DNA of 64,000 nucleotides from a virus (IMGVR_UViG_3300034053_000029:1-64000), one strand, 5' to 3'. Positions 1 to 9,815 are shown, counted from the stretch's first letter. Notes: generated by a model from the letters alone, not told the origin. Numbers and translations: made by a program.

Positions 1-63
1 ATTTGCAAAGAAAAATAACTTTGAATTCAAAATATTAACGGAACATCACATCGACGGAATTAA

Positions 64-681
64 ATGACACAACCAACACCATCAGCACCACCAATCAATG
101 CAAATATATCTCTATTTGATATATTAAGAACGAATCCTGTTTACAATAGGAAGAATTCTGTTGCTTGGTTCATGAACAACATTCGAAATATGGTTGGATC
201 GATTGGACCAATGGGTTTCCTTGGTCAAAACTTGAAACATCAAGTAAAGACCCCACAAATTGGTAAGATGTACGCATTTACATATGACCCAAAGACGAAG
301 AAGAAACTTCCATTTTTTGACACATTTCCTCTCGTAATGCCGTTCTCTATGGATGGTAAATATTTCACTGGTATAAACTTTCATTATTTGATGCCTAAGA
401 CGAGATTAGTTCTTTTGCATAAATTATACGAAGTTACATCAGATGATCGTATGGATTCGAAAACAATTGCTTTGGTCTCTTGGAATCTTCTGAAGAATGC
501 GTCTAGATATCCAGAAGTTGGCCCTGCAGTTAAAAAATATTTGGTAGGACAAGTTAAAAGTCGATTTGTTGAGATTCCTGCATCGGACTGGACTATAGCC
601 GTATTTTTGCCCACGGAAAGGTTTAAGAAAGCATCAATGGAAACTGTTTGGGCAGATTCTGCTAAGAAAATAGGTACATAA
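64..681 (+). CDS. gp2: DNA end protector protein (T4 gp2-like)
   Basis: GKMYAFTYDPKTKKKLPFFDTFPLV...GINFHYL signature. Confidence 0.85.
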   Translation: MTQPTPSAPPINANISLFDILRTNPVYNRKNSVAWFMNNIRNMVGSIGPMGFLGQNLKHQVKTPQIGKMYAFTYDPKTKKKLPFFDTFPLVMPFSMDGKYFTGINFHYLMPKTRLVLLHKLYEVTSDDRMDSKTIALVSWNLLKNASRYPEVGPAVKKYLVGQVKSRFVEIPASDWTIAVFLPTERFKKASMETVWADSAKKIGT

Positions 682-1536
682 ATGTCATTACAACAATTTA
701 TATCGAAGGTTGGACAAAACGGTGTCGCAAGGAATAACAAGTTCCTTGTCTATTTTCCAGTCACCATCGGAAAAGGCAATGTTCCATTATCAAATGTAGA
801 TTTACCTACATGGTATGCTGAATCAGTGGATATCCCAGGAACATTCATCAATACTGCTCCAGTAAGAATACAAGGAAAGCGTCACGAGATGCCAACCGAG
901 TTTGCATACTCAGGAACCTTGAATATGGTATTCCTAGTTGATATGAAGTTGCACATCAGGGACTACTTCACAAACTGGATGAACTTGGTTATTCCTAACT
1001 CAAATGCATATGGCTTTAACCCAGGACTTCCTGACAACTACAGAACAACCATCCAGATTGAGGTTCATGAGAATTTCATGGATGGTGCAGATACACTAGC
1101 ACAAACTTCACAAAAGGAAAACAAAAATCCTTTGTCGGTGTTTGAGGATGCACTATCAAAATCACTCAAAAGTACCAAATCATCACCAACGGCAGCAACC
1201 ACAACAGAAAAAGTAGTTGCACTATACGAATTTCAGAACATCTACCCAAAATCAATAAGTGGGCCACAACTTTCAAATGCAGGAAGAGATTTTCAAAGAT
1301 TGAACGTGTCTTTTGAGTTTGAATATATGGAAGTTGACTTTCCAGAAAAAGGCGAACAAGAGTTCGATAAACCAAGTCTTACTAAAGGGACTGGTACAGG
1401 TCTTCTTGGTAGTGTTAATGGTATTGCAGGAAGACTAGGATCAACCATCGGTGGTCTTGGAAATCAAATTGGTGGTGGAATTAATAGATTGACAAATATT
1501 CAAAATGGGTCGTTAAACGACATCTTAGGTTTATAG
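682..1536 (+). CDS. Baseplate tail-tube initiator / tube-fold protein (gp54-like)
   Basis: ARNNKF..F, AESVDIPG, YFTNWMNLV, V.FEFEY pattern of gp54/gp19 fold; context. Confidence 0.6.
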   Translation: MSLQQFISKVGQNGVARNNKFLVYFPVTIGKGNVPLSNVDLPTWYAESVDIPGTFINTAPVRIQGKRHEMPTEFAYSGTLNMVFLVDMKLHIRDYFTNWMNLVIPNSNAYGFNPGLPDNYRTTIQIEVHENFMDGADTLAQTSQKENKNPLSVFEDALSKSLKSTKSSPTAATTTEKVVALYEFQNIYPKSISGPQLSNAGRDFQRLNVSFEFEYMEVDFPEKGEQEFDKPSLTKGTGTGLLGSVNGIAGRLGSTIGGLGNQIGGGINRLTNIQNGSLNDILGL

Positions 1537-1550
1537 GAGAAAATTAGATT

Positions 1551-2246
1551 ATGTTACCTCAAGTGGCTTTACCAAAATATGAATGTGTTCTACCTTGTTC
1601 TAAGGTTAAACTTAACTATCGTCCTTTCATGGTCAAAGAAGAAAAACTTATTCTTCTAGCTATGCAAGAAAATGACAACAAGAAAATATCATCAGCAATT
1701 AAGGCAGTATTGGAATCATGTACTTTCGGAGTTAAGTTCGACAACATTCCACAAATTGATATCGAATATTTGTTTCTTCAGATTAGAAACAAATCCATGG
1801 GAGAAGGTGTCGACGTTGTGTCCACTTGCGTCCATTGTGATAAAGTAAACAATATGATGCTTGATTTGAGTAAGGTTGAGGTCGTATTTCCTTCCAAACA
1901 AATCCCTGATGTCATTCAAGTATCGGAAAATTTATGGGTTAAAATGCGTTTACCAAATATTGATGAAGCATATAAGTTAAATGATATAACGCCAGAACAA
2001 GTCACTGAAATTATGGCTAGTTGTATCGTCAGTATCATTGAAGGTGAGAAGGTCATTGATGCCAAAAACCATAAACAAACCGATTTGGTAAATTGGATTG
2101 AGTCTTTATCTGAAATTAATTTTAATAAGATAATTGAGTTTATGTCAAATGTTCCTATCATGAAATTTGAACAAGAGTATTTCTGTGTTCATTGCCGTGA
2201 AAAGAATTTGATCTTACTAGAAGGAATGGAAAGTTTTTTCGATTAA
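1551..2246 (+). CDS. gp26: Baseplate hub assembly protein (gp26-like)
   Basis: LPKYE..LP....YRPFMVKEEKLILLA; DIEYLFLQIR.KS.GE. Confidence 0.85.
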   Translation: MLPQVALPKYECVLPCSKVKLNYRPFMVKEEKLILLAMQENDNKKISSAIKAVLESCTFGVKFDNIPQIDIEYLFLQIRNKSMGEGVDVVSTCVHCDKVNNMMLDLSKVEVVFPSKQIPDVIQVSENLWVKMRLPNIDEAYKLNDITPEQVTEIMASCIVSIIEGEKVIDAKNHKQTDLVNWIESLSEINFNKIIEFMSNVPIMKFEQEYFCVHCREKNLILLEGMESFFD

Positions 2247-2434
2247 TGCTCACGCAAGAGTCTCTGTATGACTATTATCAGACGAACTTTAAACTCATGC
2301 ATGAGCATCATTATAGTCTAAGTGAATTAGAGAACATGCTTCCGTGGGAAAGAGAAATCTACATATCATTATTGAATAAGCATATCAAAGAAGAGAACGA
2401 AAAGAATAAACAAAATCAAGGATTTAGCTTATGA
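2246..2434 (+). CDS. gp51: Baseplate hub assembly catalyst (gp51-like)
   Basis: YYQTNFKLMHEHHYSLSELENMLPWEREIYISLL; follows gp26. Confidence 0.85.
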   Translation: MLTQESLYDYYQTNFKLMHEHHYSLSELENMLPWEREIYISLLNKHIKEENEKNKQNQGFSL

Positions 2435-4530
2435 GAGACAAAGACTTAGAGGAAAAATGGAAAGCGGCAGCAACAGATGCTGCTAAAAATCCATCTGATG
2501 CTGCGAAGCAAGAGGAAGCGGCTCGCCTTTGGAGAGAGGTCTCTGATAGCCGTAGAGTGGCGGCTGAACAAAAAGCGGAGAAAGATCGGCTAGAAAGACT
2601 AGCAAAGATGCCAAAGCAAAAAGTTGAAGTAATCAAGCAACAACCTGTAAACGAAGCAAAAGAATTGATTCGAGTTGATGCTGCCCGTAAAGGGTTGGTT
2701 GGAAGAAAAGTGACCGAAGAGTTTGCAACGGCAGCAAACCAAGTAATATCCAATTTTGATAAAAAGGTTGATACTTCCAAAAGTGGACAACAACTAACCA
2801 CATTGGAAATCGCATCAGATTTGAATCCAGATGCGGTTGTCATGGCTCAACTCAAATTACAAGAAAGAGCCAGAAAGAAAAAGGAAGCAGAAAAGAAAGC
2901 GAAAGAAGCTGAAAAAGCAGAAGCTCCAACCCCACCAAAAGAAAAGACGAAAAAAGAGGCGGCGCTCGACAAGCTAAAGGAATCTTCTGCTCCTAAAGTT
3001 ACGCCAACGGCATCAACTCCGGTTGCTCCTGTTGAGGCATCATCGCCAAAAACAGAGATTGCTGCTCCAGAAGTTCAATCAACATCACCTAAGCCAGAAG
3101 AACAAAAGTTTGGTGGCAAATGGTGGGATGAAAAGGCAGAAAGATGGAGAAGACCTGACGGTAAGTTTGTTAGGTCTCCAACCAAGGCAGAGAATGCAAA
3201 ATTAGCCGCAGTTGTTGATAGTTCAATAACAAAGGGAACCGTTATTGGTGCTATTGCTAGTTATTCATTGAAGAAGAAAGAATTAGCGGCAAGAGAAGAG
3301 TCTCAAGAAAATAGAGGAATGAAACCTGCTCCTACTCGTTTAGCATCTTCTGTTGCCGCAGAATCTAAAGAGAAATCTTCTGAACCATCTAAATCGGAAG
3401 AGGCAGATACAGAGTCTAAGATTGAAGAAAAAGAATATAATGAAGATGTACTTGAACTATTGAAAAAAATCGAAGAGAATACCGGAAAAAAGGGAAAGAA
3501 GGAAGAGAAGAAAGAGGAAGAAAAAGAAAAAGGTGGAATGTTCTCTAAACTGTTTGCCGGATTAGCAGGTGTTGCGGGGTTGCTTGGATCGTTTGCAAAG
3601 GGTATTGGCGGCGCACTAAAGGCTTTAGGAACATTAGGACTTGCCGTAGCTAAGTTTGCAGCAAGCATAGGCAAAGGTGCTATCGATCTAGCCAAGAAGG
3701 GTATAGACCTTCTACGCAATGGTAAGGCAGGGGTCGATAAAGGTGCAGGGAAAGTTCCTGATGTTGATGCTAGTGGTAAAAAAGTTGATCCAAAGAAACC
3801 ACCAATTGATCCAAAGAAAGGCACCCCACCAAAGAGTAAAATCCCTGCCGGTCAAATACTCAAAAAAGGTGCAGGTAGAGCAGCAGCATTACTTGGTCCT
3901 GCTGCCGCAGTTGCAGGTGCGGCATATGCAGGATATGAGGTTGGTTCTTTTTTAAACGAGAAGTTCGATATTAGTGGAAAAATTGCAGATGCATTAGTTG
4001 GTGAAGATAGAGAGTCTTTTGAAGAAAGAATGGAGAAAGCTCCTGCAGATGTAAAGAATCACATGGCATCAATAGTTAAAAAAGTAGAAGCAGGACAAAG
4101 TATAACAGAACAAGAGAAATCACTTCTCAAAAATTATAATTATGTCATGCCAAAAAATAGGACACCCTCATATACTGAAGCTGCGTCTAGCGTAGAGTCT
4201 TTTGGAGAATCGCCACAAGTTTCTTCAAGTGTTACACCAACTCCATACAAGGGAGAAATACGAGAGAATTCTATGGTGACTGCTGCAGCAACGTCAAGAA
4301 TTGCAGGAAAGATGAATGACGTTAATAATGAGAATGCCGCACTAAAGAAAACCGAAAAAGAGCAAGCTAAAACTGTTGTGGTTTCTACTGGAGGATCGGC
4401 AGCACCAAACAATACAACAAATGTGGTTGGTGGTGGGTCTGAAGGTGGAAGATCATCTTCAAGAAACTTTGCAAGAAATCCAGAGAGTACCTTGTCTAGT
4501 TGGATTCGTGCTAGATATTCTTTTACCTAA
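2431..4530 (+). CDS. Baseplate hub / tape-measure-like protein (gp29 position)
   Basis: 699 aa, charged helical N-half, Gly/Ala-rich amphipathic segments, directly after gp51. Confidence 0.45.
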   Translation: MRDKDLEEKWKAAATDAAKNPSDAAKQEEAARLWREVSDSRRVAAEQKAEKDRLERLAKMPKQKVEVIKQQPVNEAKELIRVDAARKGLVGRKVTEEFATAANQVISNFDKKVDTSKSGQQLTTLEIASDLNPDAVVMAQLKLQERARKKKEAEKKAKEAEKAEAPTPPKEKTKKEAALDKLKESSAPKVTPTASTPVAPVEASSPKTEIAAPEVQSTSPKPEEQKFGGKWWDEKAERWRRPDGKFVRSPTKAENAKLAAVVDSSITKGTVIGAIASYSLKKKELAAREESQENRGMKPAPTRLASSVAAESKEKSSEPSKSEEADTESKIEEKEYNEDVLELLKKIEENTGKKGKKEEKKEEEKEKGGMFSKLFAGLAGVAGLLGSFAKGIGGALKALGTLGLAVAKFAASIGKGAIDLAKKGIDLLRNGKAGVDKGAGKVPDVDASGKKVDPKKPPIDPKKGTPPKSKIPAGQILKKGAGRAAALLGPAAAVAGAAYAGYEVGSFLNEKFDISGKIADALVGEDRESFEERMEKAPADVKNHMASIVKKVEAGQSITEQEKSLLKNYNYVMPKNRTPSYTEAASSVESFGESPQVSSSVTPTPYKGEIRENSMVTAAATSRIAGKMNDVNNENAALKKTEKEQAKTVVVSTGGSAAPNNTTNVVGGGSEGGRSSSRNFARNPESTLSSWIRARYSFT

Positions 4531-4559
4531 ATATTACAATAAAATAAATTGGAATCGAT

Positions 4560-4922
4560 ATGAATCTTCATGAACAAATCTCATCTATGATTAACGAAGC
4601 AGTCGGTCGAAAGATGACCGGAGGTTACTTCCGTAGCGATATCAATGACAAAAAGGCAGCAGGGTATAAGAAAGCATCTGACGTTCTTACTGGAAAGTCT
4701 GATGATATCGAAAAAAGTCATGAAGAAATTCGAACAGCAAATGCCGAATTAGAGGCTAAGACCAAGGCTAAGGCAGTTAAATCAAAAAAGTTAAAGGTGT
4801 TCAAGCCAAAGAAATTTAAACAAAACGCAGCACTTCATGGAACGGTAATAGGTTGGATTCTCGATCTACTACATGACAAAAAACAAAAACAACTTGCTGC
4901 AGAGTTAGCAAAGCAAGAATGA
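4560..4922 (+). CDS. Hypothetical late protein, possibly head-internal
   Basis: 120 aa Lys-rich; CTAAATA upstream; N-term MNLHEQISSMINE resembles prohead-protease sites. Confidence 0.55.
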   Translation: MNLHEQISSMINEAVGRKMTGGYFRSDINDKKAAGYKKASDVLTGKSDDIEKSHEEIRTANAELEAKTKAKAVKSKKLKVFKPKKFKQNAALHGTVIGWILDLLHDKKQKQLAAELAKQE

Positions 4923-4950
4923 AAAAGGGGGCGAAAGCCCCCGTTCTTTT
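4922..4950. terminator. Bidirectional intrinsic terminator
   Basis: AAAAA GGGGGC-GAAA-GCCCCC GTTCTTTT between convergent genes. Confidence 0.9.
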
Positions 4951-5828
4951 TAGTCCTCGTCAGCAAGTGCTGCGAATGATGCCATCAAATCTTCATCATC
5001 GTCATCCTCAACTGTTGCTTTCTTCTTTGAGGTTTCGACAACTTTCTTTGCATAGTCATCGTCATCGTCTTCTACGACTTTAGCAGGTTTTGACACCTGC
5101 ATACGATCAAGGTTTCCTACTGCGTTATCATAACGCTTCTGCAAATCTTCTTCTGATTTGAATTTCGCAGGATCGACAAATTGAAACAGGTCAACAACAC
5201 CTTCCATGATCTTAGCAACTTCTTTGGGTGAACCTACTTCACTTGGGTCTTCAAACTCAGATTTATCGAAGTTTGCATAACCTTCAATCTTACGCATCTT
5301 CAACTTGAAGTTTGCTCCCTCATTCAAATCGAATGGATTCATCATCACATCATCATCGAATTGTGGGAAAAGTTTTTCTTCGATCTTGTTGAAGATTTTC
5401 GCACCATACTTAAACAAAAACACCTTACCTTCGTTCTCTGGATTTTTTGAATCAGAGACAACTAGGATGTTTGAGATATAAGAAATCTTGCGCTTACGCT
5501 CACGAACAATTTCTTTGTTTGATTCTTTACCAGAATCCCATAGGACTTTATTACCGGCACATGCAGGACAATGATCTTGTCCAATGGTAGTTGGGCAGTC
5601 CTCAAAGTACCACTTACCTGTTGGGCCTTTAAATCCGTGCTTGTAGATTTTGACGAATGGATCGTCATCTTCAGTCTTACCTGGAAGGAAGCGAATAATC
5701 GCACTTCCGTTCATTGCTTTGTCACCTTCTAGTTTCCAAAAGCCTTCCTCGAAGTCTTTCTTTACTGGTGTACCATTCTTGGCTTGAGCAACCTTTTGAC
5801 GCAATTTTTCAAGGGCATTTGATGCCAT
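4950..5828 (-). CDS. gp32: Single-stranded DNA-binding protein
   Basis: GSAIIRFLP, HGFKGPTGKWY.E.CPTTIG, CPAC, GANFKLK.RK.EGYANFDKSEF, acidic tail. Confidence 0.95.
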   Translation of the reverse strand: MASNALEKLRQKVAQAKNGTPVKKDFEEGFWKLEGDKAMNGSAIIRFLPGKTEDDDPFVKIYKHGFKGPTGKWYFEDCPTTIGQDHCPACAGNKVLWDSGKESNKEIVRERKRKISYISNILVVSDSKNPENEGKVFLFKYGAKIFNKIEEKLFPQFDDDVMMNPFDLNEGANFKLKMRKIEGYANFDKSEFEDPSEVGSPKEVAKIMEGVVDLFQFVDPAKFKSEEDLQKRYDNAVGNLDRMQVSKPAKVVEDDDDDYAKKVVETSKKKATVEDDDDEDLMASFAALADED

Positions 5829-5913
5829 ATTTGATTCTCCTTAGATATATTAGATACGAAAGATATGTTAGATGTATTTTATACAACCATAACACAGGTG
5901 CAACTCATATGGA

Positions 5914-5921
5914 TATTTATA
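5914..5921 (-). promoter_or_regulatory. T4-type late promoter TATAAATA upstream of gp32
   Basis: Exact consensus on minus strand. Confidence 0.7.
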
Positions 5922-5930
5922 GGGCATCCA

Positions 5931-6116
5931 TCACCCTCGTTTCAAGAAGTATTCTACCTCGGCATATAAGTCTTCGTCAAGCTCTTCCAGATCAAATTGT
6001 TCAACATTTACCGTATGTTTTTCATGACGATGTTGTTTGTTTCTCTGCTTCTGTTCCTCTTCATCAAAAATCATACGATTGTCTGGACGAAATGAACGTT
6101 GCTTAGTCTTTGCCAC
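5931..6116 (-). CDS. Hypothetical protein
   Basis: 61 aa ORF overlapping gp59 stop, fills gap before gp32. Confidence 0.6.
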   Translation of the reverse strand: MAKTKQRSFRPDNRMIFDEEEQKQRNKQHRHEKHTVNVEQFDLEELDEDLYAEVEYFLKRG

Positions 6117-6735
6117 TTTGAATATCTCCTAGAAAAATGCTGGTGTAAATTGGTAATAGCTTACCATGGTTAAGTTTAACGAAAGAATTGTACTTGGTGA
6201 GTTTAAACAGTCTGCTAGAAACGAGTGGATCATTGGAATATTCCTTTACCCAATTATTAAGAAAATTGCCGTCGTTACCATCAAGAAAGATGATAGTTTC
6301 AGGAAGGACTTTGTTCGTGAGGAAAAGTTGAAGAAGGGGAGCTTTGTTGCCGCTTTTCGTCTTCTGTAAAATGTCGACATAGGTAGTTAAATTATTAAAA
6401 ATGATTGATTGTATGAACTCTAAATCTTCTTTTATTTTTGAAGTAAGAGCATCTTTGGTTGCTTTCCAATCATTATATATTGAAATTACATTTTCATAGT
6501 CTAGTGAGTGGAACCAATCATCTTTTTTGTATTGATTGGATACGCATATGTGTAATGCATGAGTAACATTTTGGCATTTTCTTCCAAGTGCTTCATACAT
6601 GAGTCTATCATTTCTACTATCAAACTCAACTCTGGTTGCTCGTGTTTTCCCATGATATCTTATTGCATCGTAGGACGAAGTGAAGTGGAGTTTGATAGCG
6701 AGATAGGTGCGGTAGAATGTGAATCCATCAATCAT
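6103..6735 (-). CDS. gp59: Helicase loader
   Basis: F..YLAIKLHFT..YD..RY.GK.R...F..RND; gene 33-59-32 order. Confidence 0.85.
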   Translation of the reverse strand: MIDGFTFYRTYLAIKLHFTSSYDAIRYHGKTRATRVEFDSRNDRLMYEALGRKCQNVTHALHICVSNQYKKDDWFHSLDYENVISIYNDWKATKDALTSKIKEDLEFIQSIIFNNLTTYVDILQKTKSGNKAPLLQLFLTNKVLPETIIFLDGNDGNFLNNWVKEYSNDPLVSSRLFKLTKYNSFVKLNHGKLLPIYTSIFLGDIQSGKD

Positions 6736-7268
6736 GATCCGTGATTATCGTCAAATCCTAGTTCTTTACGTTTTTGTATTACAACTGCTTCTGCTTCTTC
6801 TACTGTACCATATGTACCAAGACATAATGCTTTACCTAATACCATAACAATGGTACGATATCGATTATTACGACAAATCACCCCTGTAGGCAAATTTCTG
6901 CCTTTTGTCCTTTTCCTGTTTTTTCCATTCTCTTGATTTGTCACATCTCTCAACCCTTTTATTGAGTCATCCAAAGTATTATGGAATTTATGATCAATTA
7001 CGCCACTTGGAACTTTTCCGGTGTGTTTCCACCAAATAACATTTGATCTTTTTAGGGTAACTGTTCTACCATTATATATAAATTGTATTAAATGATATTC
7101 TCTCCCATTATTCATGGATACGAATCCTGCTTCTTTTCCTGCCCAAGCACTATTGAATTGTGATTTTCCTTCACGCTCCTTCCAAACAACACTACCACGA
7201 TCAACATCAATTATAACAAGCTCGTCTAATGCCTTATAAACTTCCTCACCATGAATGCGCTTACACAT
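6732..7268 (-). CDS. HNH homing endonuclease with AP2-like C-terminal domain
   Basis: VIDHKFHNTLDDSI..LRDVT.QEN..N; LGTYGTVEEA. Confidence 0.85.
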   Translation of the reverse strand: MCKRIHGEEVYKALDELVIIDVDRGSVVWKEREGKSQFNSAWAGKEAGFVSMNNGREYHLIQFIYNGRTVTLKRSNVIWWKHTGKVPSGVIDHKFHNTLDDSIKGLRDVTNQENGKNRKRTKGRNLPTGVICRNNRYRTIVMVLGKALCLGTYGTVEEAEAVVIQKRKELGFDDNHGS

Positions 7269-7426
7269 TATTTCAACTCCATCTTAATCTGTTCGCATAG
7301 CATCTTGATCTGCTGCATCTTAGCAGGGACGATAGGATAGTTTGGATTCAACGCCTCGACCTCTTTGATCAAAGCACGAATATTAACAAACATCATAGCA
7401 GTTTTGTTGTCTTGTTTTTGTTTCAT
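7268..7426 (-). CDS. Hypothetical 52 aa protein (not in ORF track)
   Basis: MKQKQDNKTAMMFVNIRALIKEVE...MELK, abuts both neighbours. Confidence 0.6.
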   Translation of the reverse strand: MKQKQDNKTAMMFVNIRALIKEVEALNPNYPIVPAKMQQIKMLCEQIKMELK

Positions 7427-7659
7427 CATAGTCCCTCAAATGGAAGCACACTTTCCTTCTTCATTAGTCCATCATTCATTGCACATACTTTGATCTTGTC
7501 TTTGAGATTGGTGGTGAGCAATTTCTTAACCTGCTCATATTCCATATCATGCTCATCGCAAAATTCCAAGATTGCTTCGATATAGCTGATATCTTTCATT
7601 TCCACGATTTCTTCAATTTTAAGTTGAAAATTTGTACTTGTCAAGAAGATATCATCCAT
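7426..7659 (-). CDS. gp33: Late transcription co-activator
   Basis: F..KIEEIV....SYIEAILEFC.E...E.E.V.KL....LKDKI...A....L.K....LP. Confidence 0.85.
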   Translation of the reverse strand: MDDIFLTSTNFQLKIEEIVEMKDISYIEAILEFCDEHDMEYEQVKKLLTTNLKDKIKVCAMNDGLMKKESVLPFEGL

Positions 7660-7942
7660 TTTGGATACCCTTTAGGAAAAAAGATAAGACCGCATATTTA
7701 TCTGCAGTAGTCTTATAGTACGACCATCCAGAATCGTCACTGTCGTTCATCGGAAACGCTTTTCGGTACTCTTTCTTTTCCAAGAACTCAGTAAGCTCAT
7801 CAATGGTACTTTTACGAATCGGGTCATACTTGACAAAAAACTTATTTAGAATATCGAAATCTTTACATTCTTGATATTCTGCATGGACTTTTTTATAAAA
7901 GTCAAGACCGTCTTTTGTTTGAACGTGAATTGGTGTTTTCAT
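7652..7942 (-). CDS. Hypothetical protein
   Basis: 96 aa, overlaps neighbours. Confidence 0.6.
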   Translation of the reverse strand: MKTPIHVQTKDGLDFYKKVHAEYQECKDFDILNKFFVKYDPIRKSTIDELTEFLEKKEYRKAFPMNDSDDSGWSYYKTTADKYAVLSFFLKGIQNG

Positions 7943-8409
7943 TTGCGAATCTTGTATCCCTTTGAGTGTTTCATGTATTCAATAGACGGAGCATGACCGT
8001 CCATCACCTTTCCTGCAAAAATCATATTACCAATAGCCTCGAAAATCATGCTGAAAATTCCCATTTTCTTTTCCTTGACAGAGTGAAAACCAACAATTGA
8101 ATTTAAGTAAGCGTTAGCACCTATTGTATCATAGATGCCAGTCAAAAGAAACCATTCTGTCCCTGCTCCATTTAATTTATTTGACCTCATACCTCGTGAA
8201 GACAGAATCGAATGAACCTCTCTATCGTCCTCGTATGGTACGTTAAACCATTCTCCAACGACTATTGGTGCGGTTGCGTCAGAAGTGCCTTGCTGCTCGT
8301 CTATGCGTGTTTCTGGTGATCTGATTGAACATCCAACCTTAACCATCAAGCCCCCGTAATGTAGTGCCAGATCAAGAAATTCTTGCTTTGTGTAAGCGTA
8401 CAGATTCAC
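7939..8409 (-). CDS. GIY-YIG-like (T5orf172/MUG113 family) nuclease domain protein
   Basis: LYAY...VKVG.S.R..ETRI.E...VH..L....GTEWF; GTG start overlapping upstream TGA. Confidence 0.55.
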   Translation of the reverse strand: MNLYAYTKQEFLDLALHYGGLMVKVGCSIRSPETRIDEQQGTSDATAPIVVGEWFNVPYEDDREVHSILSSRGMRSNKLNGAGTEWFLLTGIYDTIGANAYLNSIVGFHSVKEKKMGIFSMIFEAIGNMIFAGKVMDGHAPSIEYMKHSKGYKIRK

Positions 8410-8984
8410 GGTGCAACTGCTCCTTTGGGCCAAGTATAAGAGTTCCACTTTGCCGGAGTCTTCGCCATGGTGACTTCATATTCTTTATTTTTAAGTTCCT
8501 TATATGCACTCTTCCATTCTTTGATCGGATACTTGTCGATGCTGTCACTCTTATTTTTCATTTTACCCAAGATCATTTTCTTTTCTGCATCAGTCGCAAA
8601 GCGCCATTCATCACAAACAAGAGGTCGATTTGGAACACTACACTCCATCCGTTGAAGAGGATCGAATATTGATCCTGCCGTGATCCAATACATCCATATC
8701 ATGAACACAGAGAATAAAATAAGTTTTGAGGAAGGCCAACCTAACGACCTAGCTTTACTTGCAGCAGCAACACTTAGGAACGATGCCTCACCATCTAAGA
8801 CCTTCCTTGAGAATCGAGCATATGATATTAGGTATGCCGGAAGCAGAATGACATTCAACACGATCAAAGTGATGAAAAGGTTGTAATGCCATTGAGAATG
8901 AGAGACTGCAGCAAGTGCCATAACAACACCAAAAACGTTAACTATGAACAGTAAAAAGGCAAACATGTTGTATTTATCCCACAA
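8406..8984 (-). CDS. Hypothetical membrane protein
   Basis: Three hydrophobic segments. Confidence 0.6.
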   Translation of the reverse strand: MWDKYNMFAFLLFIVNVFGVVMALAAVSHSQWHYNLFITLIVLNVILLPAYLISYARFSRKVLDGEASFLSVAAASKARSLGWPSSKLILFSVFMIWMYWITAGSIFDPLQRMECSVPNRPLVCDEWRFATDAEKKMILGKMKNKSDSIDKYPIKEWKSAYKELKNKEYEVTMAKTPAKWNSYTWPKGAVAP

Positions 8985-9021
8985 TCATAAAATAAATTGC
9001 GTATTTCATCAAAAAAGCCAC

Positions 9022-9051
9022 TTGACAAGGTTTTGAAAAATCGGTTACTAT
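9022..9051 (+). promoter_or_regulatory. sigma70-like promoter, antisense to surrounding genes
   Basis: TTGACA-18-TACTAT with A-tract upstream. Confidence 0.5.
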
Positions 9052-9193
9052 ATTATCTCTTAGGTATCTCTTATATTATTTCAAGTGAGTCCCTTAATGA
9101 ATAAACAAAAGAGGAATCTCTTGAATAACAACAAATGTATGATTTCTTGAATATCTCAAATGTCGCCTAGAGGTATGTTTCTAAAGAAACCAA

Positions 9194-9508
9194 CTATTCA
9201 GGTCCAACTGTATAAGAAATTTCGTGTATTCCATGTTCTCTTATTGCAAGCTCACATATAGGACATGGTTTAGCCAAAAGAGGTTCCCCTTTCCGGTTAT
9301 ACCGTTCAATCCTCATGCTATATCCTTGTGACTTACATTTGACCAGAGCAGAAATTTCGGCATGAAGAAATATCTTATCCTCGTATCCACATTTGTTTGC
9401 ATATTTAGCTTGCATTGGATGGGACTTTATATAGGAATTTTGTCCTTCGGCCAAAATTTTGCCCTTGCGGTCAAAAATTGTAGCTTTAATATGGAATTTT
9501 GATTTCAT
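9194..9508 (-). CDS. Zn-dependent cytidine/dCMP deaminase-fold protein
   Basis: HAE...PC..C motifs (LHAEISAL, KPCPICE). Confidence 0.85.
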   Translation of the reverse strand: MKSKFHIKATIFDRKGKILAEGQNSYIKSHPMQAKYANKCGYEDKIFLHAEISALVKCKSQGYSMRIERYNRKGEPLLAKPCPICELAIREHGIHEISYTVGPE

Positions 9509-9509
9509 A

Positions 9510-9776
9510 TTACATTCCACTCGACTTGATGATCATTTCCTTCACCTTATCGATTACAGCATAGGTTCCATCAGTCGCTTTACCTGTTACATTAAACCGC
9601 AACGACGGGCCTTTACGGGACACGAACATGAATCGATCATTCGTACCACGAACTGCATTCACCCCATAAAGTTTAATAGTGTCGCCTTGATATACATCCC
9701 ATTTGGTGCAGCGAGAATCGATCTTGGTGAAACCCATTGCAACCAAACCTGCTGTGTATTTATCACGAAGTGCCAT
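9510..9776 (-). CDS. Hypothetical protein
   Basis: AGGAG RBS; first gene after promoter. Confidence 0.65.
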   Translation of the reverse strand: MALRDKYTAGLVAMGFTKIDSRCTKWDVYQGDTIKLYGVNAVRGTNDRFMFVSRKGPSLRFNVTGKATDGTYAVIDKVKEMIIKSSGM

Positions 9777-9815
9777 TTTATTTCTCCTAAAGGGTTGATT
9801 GATACAACAGAACCA

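Noticed and set aside
2431-4530. Low-complexity EK/PK-rich segments as a repeat element
   Set aside because: Amino-acid compositional bias only; no discrete DNA repeat unit.
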